Of a stretch of 64,000 nucleotides of DNA, positions 38,899-49,670 are shown piece after piece. The translations under genes were made by a program, and so were the position numbers. This DNA is from Rikenellaceae bacterium (GTDB taxonomy: Bacteria > Bacteroidota > Bacteroidia > Bacteroidales > Rikenellaceae): assembly GCA_047178665.1 (NCBI GenBank), contig JBCQTK010000005.1:8722-72721 (forward strand), written 5' to 3'. The notes beneath the pieces are model-generated. The model saw nothing but the letters and a program-made list of their open reading frames with translations. It made no database searches and had not been told where the DNA came from. How positions within the stretch are numbered: the stretch's first letter is position 1; each line of letters begins with the position of its first letter.

Positions 38899-40758
38899 AT
38901 GGCAGAGCTAAAATTAAATACGGATGGGAACTACGGCGACGACGCAATCGTCACGCTAACCCCACGCGAGCATATTCGTCTGCGCCCAGGTATGTACATC
39001 GGCAAGTTGGGCGATGGCACACAGAGCGACGATGGTATATATGTATTGATAAAGGAGGTTGTCGACAACTCTGTCGACGAGTTTATTATGGGTGCAGGTA
39101 AGCGGATCGAGATCACGGTGCGCGACGGTGTGGTGTGTGTGCGCGACTTCGGGCGCGGCATTCCCCTCAATATGCTCACTGCGGCTGTCAGCGAGATGAA
39201 CACGGGCGGTAAGTACAACGGCACGGCGTTCAAAAAAACGGTGGGTCTCAATGGCGTGGGTGTCAAGGCGGTGAATATGCTATCGAGTGAGTTCACGGCG
39301 AGGGCTGTGCGCGATGGCGAGTCACGCACCGTAACGTTCGCGCAGGGTATTGAGGTGAGCGATCGGTGGGAGAGCGATGTGGTGGAGAAGAATGGTACGT
39401 TCATCTCGTTTCGTGTCGACGAGGAGGTGTTTGGCGAGTATAGCTACAATATGGAGTATGTGGAGCAGATGGTGCGCAACTACACCTACCTCAATCTCGG
39501 CTTGACCTTTGCGCTCAATGGCGAGAACTACATATCTAAAAATGGACTGCTCGATCTGCTCAACGAGAACATAAACGACGATCCGCTATATCGACCAATA
39601 CACCTCTCGGGCAACGACATCGAGGTGGCGATTGCCCACAGCAAGGGGTATGGCGAGACCTACTTCTCGTTCGTCAACGGACAGTACACCTCGCAGGGTG
39701 GTACGCACCAGGCGGCATACCGCGAGGCTATAGCTAAGACGATAAAGGATTTTTACCGCAAGGATTACGACGCGGCAGATATTAGAACCTCAATAATTGC
39801 GGCAATATCGGTGAAGGTGACAGATCCGATATTTGAGTCGCAGACGAAGATTAAGCTGGGGTCGAAGGAGGTTGAGCCAGGGGTCTCGATGCGCAACTTC
39901 GTGATGGACTTCCTGATGCAGAATCTCGACAACTACCTACACAAAAATCCGGAGACGGCACAGGCGCTGCAGCGTAAAATCATCGACAACGAGAGGGAGC
40001 GTAAGGCTATATCGGGTGTGCAGAAAAAGGCGAGGGAGACGGCAAAGAAGGTGTCGCTTAACAACCGCAAACTGCGCGACTGCAAGGTGCACCTCACGTC
40101 GAAGAACGATTTGGCAGAGCAGTCGATGATCTTCATTACGGAGGGAGACTCGGCGTCGGGTTCGATCACATCGAGTCGCGACGTGCGGACGCAAGCGGTA
40201 TTTTCGCTCAGGGGTAAACCTCTCAACTGCTTCGGATTGACGAAGAAGATCGTATATGAGAATGAGGAGTTCAACCTGCTGCAGGCGGCGCTCAACATCG
40301 AGGATGGAATGGATAATTTGCGCTACAACAAGGTGGTTGTGGCGACCGATGCTGACGTCGACGGAATGCACATTCGTCTGCTGTTGCTCACCTTCTTCCT
40401 GCAGTTCTTCCCCGAGATTATCCGCAGCGGACATCTCTACATTCTGCAGACGCCACTATTCAGAGTGCGCAACAAGAAGCAGACATTCTACTGCTACAAC
40501 GACGAGGAGCGACTGAAGGCGATCGAGAAGTGCGGTGCGTCGGCGGAGATAACACGATTCAAGGGTCTGGGAGAGATCTCGGCGTCGGAGTTTAAGGGGT
40601 TCATTGGCGAGGACATTAGGCTCGACAAGGTGAGGATGACCAAGGATGACCCGATCACCGATATGCTGGAGTTCTATATGGGAAAAAATAGTTTTGAACG
40701 ACAAGGATTTATCATCAACAACCTACGTGTTGAGGAGGATATGACCGAAACAGAGTAA
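38899..40758 (+). CDS. parE: DNA topoisomerase IV subunit B
   Basis: [39 protein letters not shown]. Confidence 0.93.
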   Translation: MAELKLNTDGNYGDDAIVTLTPREHIRLRPGMYIGKLGDGTQSDDGIYVLIKEVVDNSVDEFIMGAGKRIEITVRDGVVCVRDFGRGIPLNMLTAAVSEMNTGGKYNGTAFKKTVGLNGVGVKAVNMLSSEFTARAVRDGESRTVTFAQGIEVSDRWESDVVEKNGTFISFRVDEEVFGEYSYNMEYVEQMVRNYTYLNLGLTFALNGENYISKNGLLDLLNENINDDPLYRPIHLSGNDIEVAIAHSKGYGETYFSFVNGQYTSQGGTHQAAYREAIAKTIKDFYRKDYDAADIRTSIIAAISVKVTDPIFESQTKIKLGSKEVEPGVSMRNFVMDFLMQNLDNYLHKNPETAQALQRKIIDNERERKAISGVQKKARETAKKVSLNNRKLRDCKVHLTSKNDLAEQSMIFITEGDSASGSITSSRDVRTQAVFSLRGKPLNCFGLTKKIVYENEEFNLLQAALNIEDGMDNLRYNKVVVATDADVDGMHIRLLLLTFFLQFFPEIIRSGHLYILQTPLFRVRNKKQTFYCYNDEERLKAIEKCGASAEITRFKGLGEISASEFKGFIGEDIRLDKVRMTKDDPITDMLEFYMGKNSFERQGFIINNLRVEEDMTETE

Positions 40759-40763
40759 TAGAT

Positions 40764-43421
40764 ATGAGCGGAGACAATGAGAATAATATGGAGGGCGTAG
40801 AGGTTGCGAACAGCGTAGCAGCGGAGGAGCAGCCTAAGCCTGCAGGCAAGTATAGCAAGCTGACCAGCGAGGAGGCGTCGATGCGCAAGCTGACGGGTAT
40901 GTACAAGAGTTGGTTCTTGGACTACGCCTCGTATGTGATCTTGGAGCGCGCAGTGCCCCACCTGCACGATGGTCTGAAGCCCGTGCAGCGACGTATCTTG
41001 CACGCTATGAAGGTGGTCGACGACGGACGCTACAACAAGGTTGCCAACATCGTCGGTCAGACTATGCAGTATCACCCCCACGGCGACGCCTCGATAAAGG
41101 ATGCGATGGTGCAGATCGGACAGAAGGATCTGTTGATCGACTGCCAGGGTAACTGGGGTAACATCCTAACGGGTGACTCCGCTGCGGCAGGACGATACAT
41201 CGAGGCGCGACTATCGAAGTTTGCGCTGGATGTGGTATTTAACCGCAAGACGACGGAGTGGATGTTGTCGTACGATGGGCGTAAGGATGAGCCTGTTACA
41301 CTGCCCATAAAGTTCCCATTGCTGTTGGCGCAGGGGTCGGATGGTATTGCGGTGGGTCTGGCGTCGAAGATATTGCCACACAACTTTTTGGAGCTCATAG
41401 ATGCGTCGATCGCCCATCTGAGGGGAGAGTCGTTTGAGCTCGTACCCGACTTTGTGACGGGTGGATTGATGGACGCCTCGAACTACAACGATGGTTTGAG
41501 GGGCGGTGCGGTCAAGGTGAGGGCGAAGATCTCGAAGATCGACAAACGCACGCTGGCTATCACCGAGATACCATATAGCACAACCACAGAGTCGATCAAG
41601 CAGTCGATCATCAAGGCGAACGACAAGGGAAAGATCAAGATCAAGAAGGTCGACGACAACACCGCCGAGAAGGTCGAGATAGTGGTGCAAGTTGCCAACG
41701 ACGAGTCGAGCGATCGCACGATCGACGCACTCTACGCATTTACCGATTGCGAGGTGTCGATCTCGCCCAACTCCTGCGTTATTCTCGACAACAAACCCCA
41801 CTTTATGGGTGTGAGCGAGATCCTGCGCAGATCGGCGGAGCACACTAAGGGGCTCTTGAAGTTGGAGCTGGAGATCAAGCTCTGCGAGCTCAACGAGAGG
41901 TGGCACGCAGCGTCGTTGGAGAGGATATTTATTGAGAATCGACTCTACCAACTTATCGAGGGGTGCACCACGCGCGACGAGGCGTATCACGCTGTCGACG
42001 GAGGGCTCGAACCATTCAAGAAGCAACTCCGACGCGAGGTGACGATGGAGGATGTGGAGCGACTAACGGAGCTGAAGTTTATCCGTATCTCGCGCTACGA
42101 CAGCGACAAGGCGGACAACGAGATCCGCTCGATCGAGGAGGATATAAAGGCTACACAATACAATCTTGACCACCTCACGGCATTTGCGGTGAAGTACTAC
42201 GAGCGCATCCGCGAGAAGTATGGCAAGGGGCGTGTTCGTCGTTGTGAACTGCGCGAGTTCGACCAGATCGAGGCTACTAAGGTGGCGGTGACAAATGCGA
42301 AGCTATATGTCGACCGAGCTGAGGGATTCTTCGGCATAGGTCGCTCGATGAAGGATTGCGAGATGGTGTGCGACTGCTCCGACATCGACGACGTAGTGGT
42401 GATGACAAAGGATGGACGCTACATAATCACGAAGGTGAGCGAGAAGGCGTTCTTCGCAAAGGGGATATATTATATAGGTGTATTCAAGCGCAACGACGAG
42501 CGGACGATCTACAATCTGCTCTATCGAGATGGGCGCGACGGCGCGATAATGATGAAGCGCTGCGCCATCAAGGGCGTCACGCGCGACAAGGAGTATGACA
42601 TAACGAAGGGTACGCCGAAGAGCGAACTCCTATACCTCTCGGTCAATCCTAATGGAGAGGCAGAGGTGTTGAAGATAACCTTCAAGCCGCGCCCACGACT
42701 CAAGAAGTTGGTGGTGGATCTCGATCTGTCGGAGTTGGCTATTAAGGGTCGTGCGAGCCAGGGCAACCTCTTTTCGAGGTATGGCATACACCGTATATCA
42801 GTGAAACACAGGGGGGTGTCGACGTTGGCGAGCCAGACTATTTGGTACGACAGCGATGTGAGACGTCTCAACTGCGACGAGCACGGTGAGCTGTTGGGTG
42901 AGTTCAAGGGCGACGACAAGTTGATCGTGTGGACTGCGCGCAACCAATACTACATCACTGGATTCGACATTATGCAGCACTTCCCCGACGACACCACACG
43001 TGTCGAGAGGTATCGTCCCAACAGGGTCTACAGCCTCTGCTACTACGACCGCGAGCAGGGATATTTCTATATGAAACGTTTCCAGGTGGAACTGAGCGAG
43101 AAGCTGCAGCACTTCCTGAGCGAGGATGGACAGGACGACCTGATCTGCACAACAGCGGTCGGAGGTTCTAAGCTACGAGTGAGCTACAAGGGGGCACACA
43201 TTACGCGCCCTGCTGATGAGGTCGATGTAGACGACTTTATCGCCATCAAGAGCCATCGCGCTAAGGGTAAGCGAATTACAACTATGGAGGTCGCCGATCT
43301 GAGCTTCGTCGAACCTGAGGTTATCAAGGAGGAGGAGATCGAAGAGGTGAACGTTGTGGAGGATGTTGAGGCGCTAGAGAGCGACACGCCAGAGTCAGAA
43401 CAGCTAAATCTATTTCAGTGA
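40764..43421 (+). CDS. parC: DNA topoisomerase IV subunit A
   Basis: DGLKPVQRR, YHPHGD, AAGRYIE catalytic Tyr; adjacent to parE. Confidence 0.92.
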   Translation: MSGDNENNMEGVEVANSVAAEEQPKPAGKYSKLTSEEASMRKLTGMYKSWFLDYASYVILERAVPHLHDGLKPVQRRILHAMKVVDDGRYNKVANIVGQTMQYHPHGDASIKDAMVQIGQKDLLIDCQGNWGNILTGDSAAAGRYIEARLSKFALDVVFNRKTTEWMLSYDGRKDEPVTLPIKFPLLLAQGSDGIAVGLASKILPHNFLELIDASIAHLRGESFELVPDFVTGGLMDASNYNDGLRGGAVKVRAKISKIDKRTLAITEIPYSTTTESIKQSIIKANDKGKIKIKKVDDNTAEKVEIVVQVANDESSDRTIDALYAFTDCEVSISPNSCVILDNKPHFMGVSEILRRSAEHTKGLLKLELEIKLCELNERWHAASLERIFIENRLYQLIEGCTTRDEAYHAVDGGLEPFKKQLRREVTMEDVERLTELKFIRISRYDSDKADNEIRSIEEDIKATQYNLDHLTAFAVKYYERIREKYGKGRVRRCELREFDQIEATKVAVTNAKLYVDRAEGFFGIGRSMKDCEMVCDCSDIDDVVVMTKDGRYIITKVSEKAFFAKGIYYIGVFKRNDERTIYNLLYRDGRDGAIMMKRCAIKGVTRDKEYDITKGTPKSELLYLSVNPNGEAEVLKITFKPRPRLKKLVVDLDLSELAIKGRASQGNLFSRYGIHRISVKHRGVSTLASQTIWYDSDVRRLNCDEHGELLGEFKGDDKLIVWTARNQYYITGFDIMQHFPDDTTRVERYRPNRVYSLCYYDREQGYFYMKRFQVELSEKLQHFLSEDGQDDLICTTAVGGSKLRVSYKGAHITRPADEVDVDDFIAIKSHRAKGKRITTMEVADLSFVEPEVIKEEEIEEVNVVEDVEALESDTPESEQLNLFQ

Positions 43422-43954
43422 TGTTGATCTTCTTGATAGGGTATATGGGGTGCGGCAAGAGCACCATTGGGCGTAAGTTGTCTAAGCGCCTGCGGTGGAG
43501 TTTGGTCGACACCGATGCGCAGATCGAGAGCCGAGAGGGTATGAGTGTAGGTGAGATTTTCGATACGCAGGGCGAGCCTCGATTCCGAGAGCTGGAGCGT
43601 GAGTGTGTCGAGGAGCTTGTGGCGAGCGGTCGCAATTTGATCGTCTCGACAGGTGGCGGACTGCCGATCTGGGGCGACAATATGGAGCTGTTAAATAGCG
43701 TGGGTGAGACGATCTACATAGCGCGCACGGCGGAGAATATAGCATCGCGCCTGAGCGCTGCAGGACGATATAAACGCCCGAAACTCAGAGGGTTGTCGGA
43801 CGAGGAGTTGGTGTCGTTTATGGCGAAGAACATATCAGAACGCGCGCCGAAGTATAGTATGGCGAAGCTAGTAATCGAGGCTGTGTCGATGAGTGACAAC
43901 GAGATATTGGATACGATCGAGGCGCACGTCGAGATCTCTAAAAATAGAGTGTAG
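43421..43954 (+). CDS. aroK: Shikimate kinase
   Basis: GYMGCGKST, GEPRFRELE, STGGG, RP. Confidence 0.94.
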   Translation: MLIFLIGYMGCGKSTIGRKLSKRLRWSLVDTDAQIESREGMSVGEIFDTQGEPRFRELERECVEELVASGRNLIVSTGGGLPIWGDNMELLNSVGETIYIARTAENIASRLSAAGRYKRPKLRGLSDEELVSFMAKNISERAPKYSMAKLVIEAVSMSDNEILDTIEAHVEISKNRV

Positions 43955-43957
43955 TTT

Positions 43958-44740
43958 ATGGATTCTGCTACGACATCAGCGGACGCACCGATCGGTGTGT
44001 TCGACTCTGGGCTTGGGGGGCTGACCGTGTGGCGCGCAATTCGAGAGCGTCTGCCTGCGGAGTCGATCATCTATCTTGGTGATGGTGCGCACTGCCCCTA
44101 TGGGTCGAGGTCGAGGAGCGAGATTGTGGAGTATAGCGACAGGGCTGTTGGCGAGTTGCTGGAGGCTGGTTGCAAGCTTATTGTTGTGGCGTGCAACACG
44201 GCGACTGCGGCGGCGATTGATTTCCTGCGGGCGAAATATAGTGAGGTTGAGATAGTTGGAATGGAGCCTGCGGTGAAGCCTGCGTGTCAGCTCACGAGCA
44301 GTGGGGTGGTTGGCGTGTTGGCGACGGAGCGAAGTTTGGAGGGCGATCTGTTTCACCGCACTGCAGCGAAGTACTCCGACAATGTGAGGGTTATAGCTCG
44401 TTTTGGACGCGGCTTCGTGGAGTTGGTGGAGCAGGATATGGAGGGCTCACCCGAGGCGGAGAGTGTCGTGCGAGAGGTTGTGGAGGAGATGATTGAGGAG
44501 GGTGTCGACCAGATCGTTTTGGGCTGCACTCACTATCCATTCCTGATCCCTGCGTTGAAGAGTATTGCCCCCGATGTCAATATCATAGATCCCTCGCCTG
44601 CCGTGGCGCACAGGGTGGCGCAGCTGCTTCTGCAGCGGTCGATGCTGAGGTGTGAGGATGGCGCGTCGCCGATATTTGAGTTCCGCAGTTTTGCCGACGC
44701 TAGCTACTGCGAGAAGCTGCGACGCAAGGCTAGGCAGTAG
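43958..44740 (+). CDS. murI: Glutamate racemase
   Basis: FDSGLGGL, PYG, ACNTAT, LGCTHYP. Confidence 0.97.
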   Translation: MDSATTSADAPIGVFDSGLGGLTVWRAIRERLPAESIIYLGDGAHCPYGSRSRSEIVEYSDRAVGELLEAGCKLIVVACNTATAAAIDFLRAKYSEVEIVGMEPAVKPACQLTSSGVVGVLATERSLEGDLFHRTAAKYSDNVRVIARFGRGFVELVEQDMEGSPEAESVVREVVEEMIEEGVDQIVLGCTHYPFLIPALKSIAPDVNIIDPSPAVAHRVAQLLLQRSMLRCEDGASPIFEFRSFADASYCEKLRRKARQ

Positions 44741-44835
44741 AGCTGCTACAACCCACCTTAATGAAAAATAAATATAGGAAGATCAAGGTTTCATTACCAA
44801 AAAAATAGTATCTTCGTGGCAAAATAGAGTAACTA

Positions 44836-47382
44836 ATGGCAACAGTACAAAATAAGAGAAAGACGACAACAAAAAGAGGCTCAATGAGTGGGCGCTCCAA
44901 TGTCGACAAGGCGAAGTGGTTTAGCGGTTTCATCCTCACACTGGTGGGGTTTTTCGCGTTCGTATCGGTAGTGTTCTACTACTTCAACTGGAAGAGTGAC
45001 TACGATATGGTGACTCGCACAGCTGCCGAGCGGTCGGAGCTTGTGGCGCCGAGTGTGCCCGACAATCCGTGTGGTATATTGGGTGCGTGGCTCGCTGAGC
45101 AGATTGTGGGGCGATCGTTCGGTGCGGTGGGCATCATCATCCCTCTGTTTCTGATAATTATTGGGGCGCGTCTGCTGAAGAGGTCGCCGCTGCGTCTCAA
45201 CTATACGGCGCTGAGTATGGTGCTGTTGCTGCTCTGCGGATCATCGACCCTGGGCTTTATCTTTAAGAGCAACTGGGGTGTGTTCAACACAGGTCTCGGT
45301 GGGGTGTATGGTATTCAGATCTCCGACATAGTGACGGGGTCGTTGGGTCCCATCGGTATGATTCTGCTGCTCATAGGTCTCTGGATCGCGACAGGAATAT
45401 TTATCAATAGCAACTTCATCGACACGGTGAACAGCGCGAGCAGTGCCGCTCTAGATAGTGGTGGTAGGTTCGTCAACATCGTCAAGGGCAACGCCGCACT
45501 CAAACGCGAACGCCGCGAGGCACGCCGCGAAGAGGAGCGACTAAAGCGCGAGGCGGAGGGTCAGGTGGAGAGCGATCCGCAGGAGTATGAAGAAGATGAT
45601 GATGATGAGGCGGAGGATGACGACGACGAGGCGTACGACGATGGCGAGGAGATAGTGGAGGAGCAGACCGAGCAGCAGGAGGCAGACGACGCCGAGGAGG
45701 AGCAGGACGCCGAGGAGGAGGCGAGCGACGAGGATTTCGAGCGCTTGGTGCAGGAGCATCTAACCGATGATGAGGGCGACGCGAGTGGCTCGGCAGATGG
45801 CGGTGTGGTGGTGACTGTCGAGAGCAACGAGGATGTTGTGGTCAGCGAGGATGAGGCGGAGACGGAGCTCTACGACCCACTCAAAGATCTACACAACTAC
45901 ACGAAGCCGCCAGTGTCGTTGCTAGAGGACTACAAGTCGAAGTCGGAGGTGACGGATGACGAGATATTTGCCAACAAGACGCTGATCGAGGATACGTTGA
46001 AGTACTTCGGAATCCCGATCATCAAGATCAAGGCAACGGTGGGCCCGACGATTACCCTCTACGAGATCCTCCAGGCGCAGGGTGTGAAGATCTCCAAGAT
46101 TCAGGGGCTAGAGAACGACATCGCGCAGAGCCTAAAGGCGGAGACGGGAATACGTATCATTGCACCAATCCCTGGTCGTGGAACGATCGGTATCGAGGTG
46201 CCAAATCTCAACAAGCAGGTGGTGTCGATGTATTCGTCGATATTGTCGCAGAAGTTCCAGGAGATGCGCGCGGAGCTACCTATAGTTGTGGGTCGTACGA
46301 TCCAGAACGAGAGCTATGTGTTCGACTTGGCGAAGATGCCCCACCTCTTGGTGGCAGGTGCTACGGGTCAGGGTAAGTCGGTGGGTCTCAACGCCATAAT
46401 CGCCTCTTTGCTCTATCGCAAACACCCATCGCAGCTCAAGTTCGTGATGATCGACCCGAAGATGGTGGAGTTCACGCCCTACAAACATCTTGAGCACCAC
46501 TTTATGGCGAAGATGGAGTCGGAGGAGGATGTGATTATCACCGATCCGAAGAAGGCGGTCAACACACTCAATGCCCTGTGCGAGGAGATGGAGAAGCGCC
46601 TGCGCCTGCTATCTGATGCTACGGTGCGCAACATAACGGAGTACAATGCGAAGTTCGTGCAGCGGAGGCTTCGACCCGACAAGGGACACTTTTATATGCC
46701 ATACATCGTCGTTATCGTCGACGAGTTTGCCGACCTTATTATGATGTCGCGCGAGGTGGAGACACCTGTTATGCGACTTGCGCAGAAGGCTCGTGCAGTG
46801 GGAATACACCTCATAATTGCGACGCAGCGACCCGACGTGAAGGTTATCACGGGTGGTATCAAAGCCAACTTCCCGGCGCGCATCGCCTTCAGGGTGATGC
46901 AGATGATCGACTCGCGTACCATCATCGACCAACCTGGTGCTAACCAACTTATTGGTCGAGGCGATATGTTGTTCAAGAAGGATGGCGACCTTATTCGTAT
47001 CCAGTGCGCCCTTGTCGAGACCGACGAGGTGGAGCGTATTGTGAAACACATCAGCGAGCAGCAGGGCTATCCGAACCCATACTTCCTGCCCGACTATGTA
47101 CCTGAGGGGGGTGGCGACACCGACTTCGGCGACAGCGGTGCACCGATAAAGTATGACCAACTATTTGCCGAAATTGCGCGCGCCGCAGTCTCTGGCGGTG
47201 GTATCTCGACGTCGGCTATTCAGCGCAACTACGAGGTGGGATTCAACCGCGCAGGACGCATTATGACGCAGCTAGAGAAGGCTGGTATCGTCGGTCGTCA
47301 GGAGGGCGCTAAGCCACGCGAAATTCTCTTCTACGATCTACAGTCGTTGGAGGCTAAGTTGCAGAGTCTGGGGCTCTTCTAG
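44836..47382 (+). CDS. ftsK: DNA translocase FtsK
   Basis: 4TM N-domain, linker, AGATGQGKS, IDPKMVE, VDEFAD, ATQRP, gamma domain. Confidence 0.97.
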   Translation: MATVQNKRKTTTKRGSMSGRSNVDKAKWFSGFILTLVGFFAFVSVVFYYFNWKSDYDMVTRTAAERSELVAPSVPDNPCGILGAWLAEQIVGRSFGAVGIIIPLFLIIIGARLLKRSPLRLNYTALSMVLLLLCGSSTLGFIFKSNWGVFNTGLGGVYGIQISDIVTGSLGPIGMILLLIGLWIATGIFINSNFIDTVNSASSAALDSGGRFVNIVKGNAALKRERREARREEERLKREAEGQVESDPQEYEEDDDDEAEDDDDEAYDDGEEIVEEQTEQQEADDAEEEQDAEEEASDEDFERLVQEHLTDDEGDASGSADGGVVVTVESNEDVVVSEDEAETELYDPLKDLHNYTKPPVSLLEDYKSKSEVTDDEIFANKTLIEDTLKYFGIPIIKIKATVGPTITLYEILQAQGVKISKIQGLENDIAQSLKAETGIRIIAPIPGRGTIGIEVPNLNKQVVSMYSSILSQKFQEMRAELPIVVGRTIQNESYVFDLAKMPHLLVAGATGQGKSVGLNAIIASLLYRKHPSQLKFVMIDPKMVEFTPYKHLEHHFMAKMESEEDVIITDPKKAVNTLNALCEEMEKRLRLLSDATVRNITEYNAKFVQRRLRPDKGHFYMPYIVVIVDEFADLIMMSREVETPVMRLAQKARAVGIHLIIATQRPDVKVITGGIKANFPARIAFRVMQMIDSRTIIDQPGANQLIGRGDMLFKKDGDLIRIQCALVETDEVERIVKHISEQQGYPNPYFLPDYVPEGGGDTDFGDSGAPIKYDQLFAEIARAAVSGGGISTSAIQRNYEVGFNRAGRIMTQLEKAGIVGRQEGAKPREILFYDLQSLEAKLQSLGLF

Positions 47383-47389
47383 GTCTGCT

Positions 47390-47983
47390 ATGAGGAGTCT
47401 GTTGATGTTAGTTCTACACCTCGCGTTGGGCGTTTGTGGGGTGGGTGCGACTCCGCTGCTGTCGGATATGGCGGCGGCGATCGAGGGGTTGGGGCGCTAC
47501 GAGGTGCGGTTTATCATCTCGATGGGTGGTGCTGCGGCTGCGGTCGATGGCTACTATCTTGTCGATGGCGACCGATTCTTCCTCTCCATTGCCGACCAAC
47601 AGATCTTTGGCGACGGCGCCGAGCGGTGTAGTGTCAACCACAACCTGCGCGAAGTGGTGCTGGAGCGTCTGCCCGACGACGAGTCGCAGTCGCTAGTTGT
47701 GGTGAACCCTGTAGCTGCATTTACGGAGCTCGCCCAAGAGTTCGAAGCGGTGGTGGAGGCAGCAGATGGTGAGACGACGACACTGCTCCTGACCCCCAAA
47801 ACGAGCGACGGCATAGTGGATCGCTCACTGCTCGAAATCGACAACACGACACACCTCCCACGCTCTATTAGCTACGAGGCTGAGGGCGACGAAATATCGT
47901 TGGTGATACTCTCCATTCTCCCCACCGAGGAGAACGTAGATATGATATATCCTGCCGACTACGAGGTGATTGATATTCGCTAG
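47390..47983 (+). CDS. lolA: Outer-membrane lipoprotein carrier LolA-like protein
   Basis: Signal peptide, beta-rich pattern, C-terminal YEVIDIR, conserved position after ftsK. Confidence 0.7.
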   Translation: MRSLLMLVLHLALGVCGVGATPLLSDMAAAIEGLGRYEVRFIISMGGAAAAVDGYYLVDGDRFFLSIADQQIFGDGAERCSVNHNLREVVLERLPDDESQSLVVVNPVAAFTELAQEFEAVVEAADGETTTLLLTPKTSDGIVDRSLLEIDNTTHLPRSISYEAEGDEISLVILSILPTEENVDMIYPADYEVIDIR

Positions 47984-48035
47984 GGTAGTTGTTGGGGGAG
48001 AGATGTAGATAAACCGTAAATTAGCAGTATAAGAT

Positions 48036-48914
48036 ATGATCTCGATAATTGTATGTAGTGTAAATTCCAAGTTGGCGGAGTCGTTTAGGGCGAATGTAGC
48101 CTCGACAATAGGTGTTGAGTATGAGTTGATTGTGCAGGACAATCGTGGTACGACGATGGGGATCTGCGAGGTTTACAATATGTGTGCTGAGCGGGCGAAG
48201 TATGACAGCCTGCTCTTCATCCACGAGGATGTTATCTTCGAGACAGAGGGGTGGGGTCGCGAAATTGTCGAGCAACTCCGACAACCCAAATGTGGAGCTA
48301 TTGGTTTTGCTGGTGCGACTCTCAAATCTAAGTCCTATTCGGGCTGGGGGCAGCAGCGAAAGTATAGCGTCTGCAACTACATCGAGCAGTATGTCGATGG
48401 GTCGAGGCGTCACTTATATACGAATGATAGCACCTCAGCGCAGTTTCAGCCAGTCGTCACGCTCGACGGGGTGGCTCTATTCGTCTCGCGAAAGGTGTGG
48501 GCGGAGTCTCGGTTCGACGATCAACTCCTTCGTCACTTCCACTGCTACGATCTTGACTTTACGCTGCAGCTATTCGATCGCGGCTACACGAACTATGTAT
48601 GTAAGTGCATCTCGATTGTTCACTTCTCGTTGGGCAAATATGACGATGCCTGGATCAGAGAGACAAATAAACTGCACGACCAGAAGTGGGGGGATAAGTT
48701 GCCGATGATGGTCGGCGATCTGTCGAGTCGTGAGATTCGGGCAAATGAGCGACACGTTGATTTTGTCTATGTGAAATCTATGGTCAAGAATCTAAAAGAT
48801 AGGAGGTTGGCTAAGAGCCTGTTGCAGGGTTTTGTTAAGAGGTACGGAGTCTCGAACGGTGCTCTTATCATCCTGCTGAAGTATCTCTGCTATCGCACGC
48901 CAAACACTCTCTAA
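48036..48914 (+). CDS. GT2-like glycosyltransferase
   Basis: MISIIVCS, YN, FIHEDV, TLDG, FHCYDLD. Confidence 0.85.
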   Translation: MISIIVCSVNSKLAESFRANVASTIGVEYELIVQDNRGTTMGICEVYNMCAERAKYDSLLFIHEDVIFETEGWGREIVEQLRQPKCGAIGFAGATLKSKSYSGWGQQRKYSVCNYIEQYVDGSRRHLYTNDSTSAQFQPVVTLDGVALFVSRKVWAESRFDDQLLRHFHCYDLDFTLQLFDRGYTNYVCKCISIVHFSLGKYDDAWIRETNKLHDQKWGDKLPMMVGDLSSREIRANERHVDFVYVKSMVKNLKDRRLAKSLLQGFVKRYGVSNGALIILLKYLCYRTPNTL

Positions 48915-48937
48915 ACCGCAATATTCTCGCGGCTACG

Positions 48938-49648
48938 CTACCACGGCTGTGTGAGTTGCGACGCTATCTTGTTGGCGATGATCGACATAAATAGGTGGTC
49001 GCCGTAGCTCGATGATGCGATGACGCCTTGGTGGTCGCAGCCGAATAGCTCGTCGACCGTGTGGAGTTCGTGGCGCACTATTGGGCGTTGCACGACCTCT
49101 ATTGATAGCTCTGCTGCCGCCTCGATTATGAGGTTGCGCTCCACGCTCTCGAAGGCTGTGGAGGCGATGAGTCGTCGACCCTCGACGGCAAAGAGTGCTG
49201 CCCCACCCAACGAGCAGATATGACCTGCGCGATTGCACTCCACGGCGATCTCACCCCCTATGTTGCGAGCTATGTCGGAGGCGAAGTCTAGGGCTCTGCG
49301 TCGTGCAGTGTTGGGCTGCAGACCAAATGGGGAGTCGAATGTGACGAGTGCTGCGCGCGGCGAGATGCTCCGCATAGCGTAGCCGTCGTAGAGCGATACG
49401 CCGCATAGCGACAGCTCCATCTCCTGCTCGATGTCGACCCTCAGCTCTACAAATACCGATACTGTGCGCGTCACCCTCTCTCTGCCGAGTAGCTCCACAA
49501 TCTCTCGTTCGATCTGCTCCTCGTCGAGCCGTAGCGGGCGGAAGTAGATGTCGAGGAAGTGACGCTCCAGCAGACGGCAGTGGCTCGCAACGTGGTGTGG
49601 ATGATGCGAGAGTGTGTGTATCGTCTGGTATATGTAGTTGGGGTTCAT
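48938..49648 (-). CDS. Divergent class-IV aminotransferase / aminodeoxychorismate-lyase-fold protein
   Basis: YQT (for FET), H..LL, G.I....AALFAV, SVER (for GITR), DELFGCD...GV (for DEVF..NS..GV). Confidence 0.6.
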   Translation of the reverse strand: MNPNYIYQTIHTLSHHPHHVASHCRLLERHFLDIYFRPLRLDEEQIEREIVELLGRERVTRTVSVFVELRVDIEQEMELSLCGVSLYDGYAMRSISPRAALVTFDSPFGLQPNTARRRALDFASDIARNIGGEIAVECNRAGHICSLGGAALFAVEGRRLIASTAFESVERNLIIEAAAELSIEVVQRPIVRHELHTVDELFGCDHQGVIASSSYGDHLFMSIIANKIASQLTQPW

Positions 49649-49670
49649 TGCGTTATGGGTTGTGGTGGGT

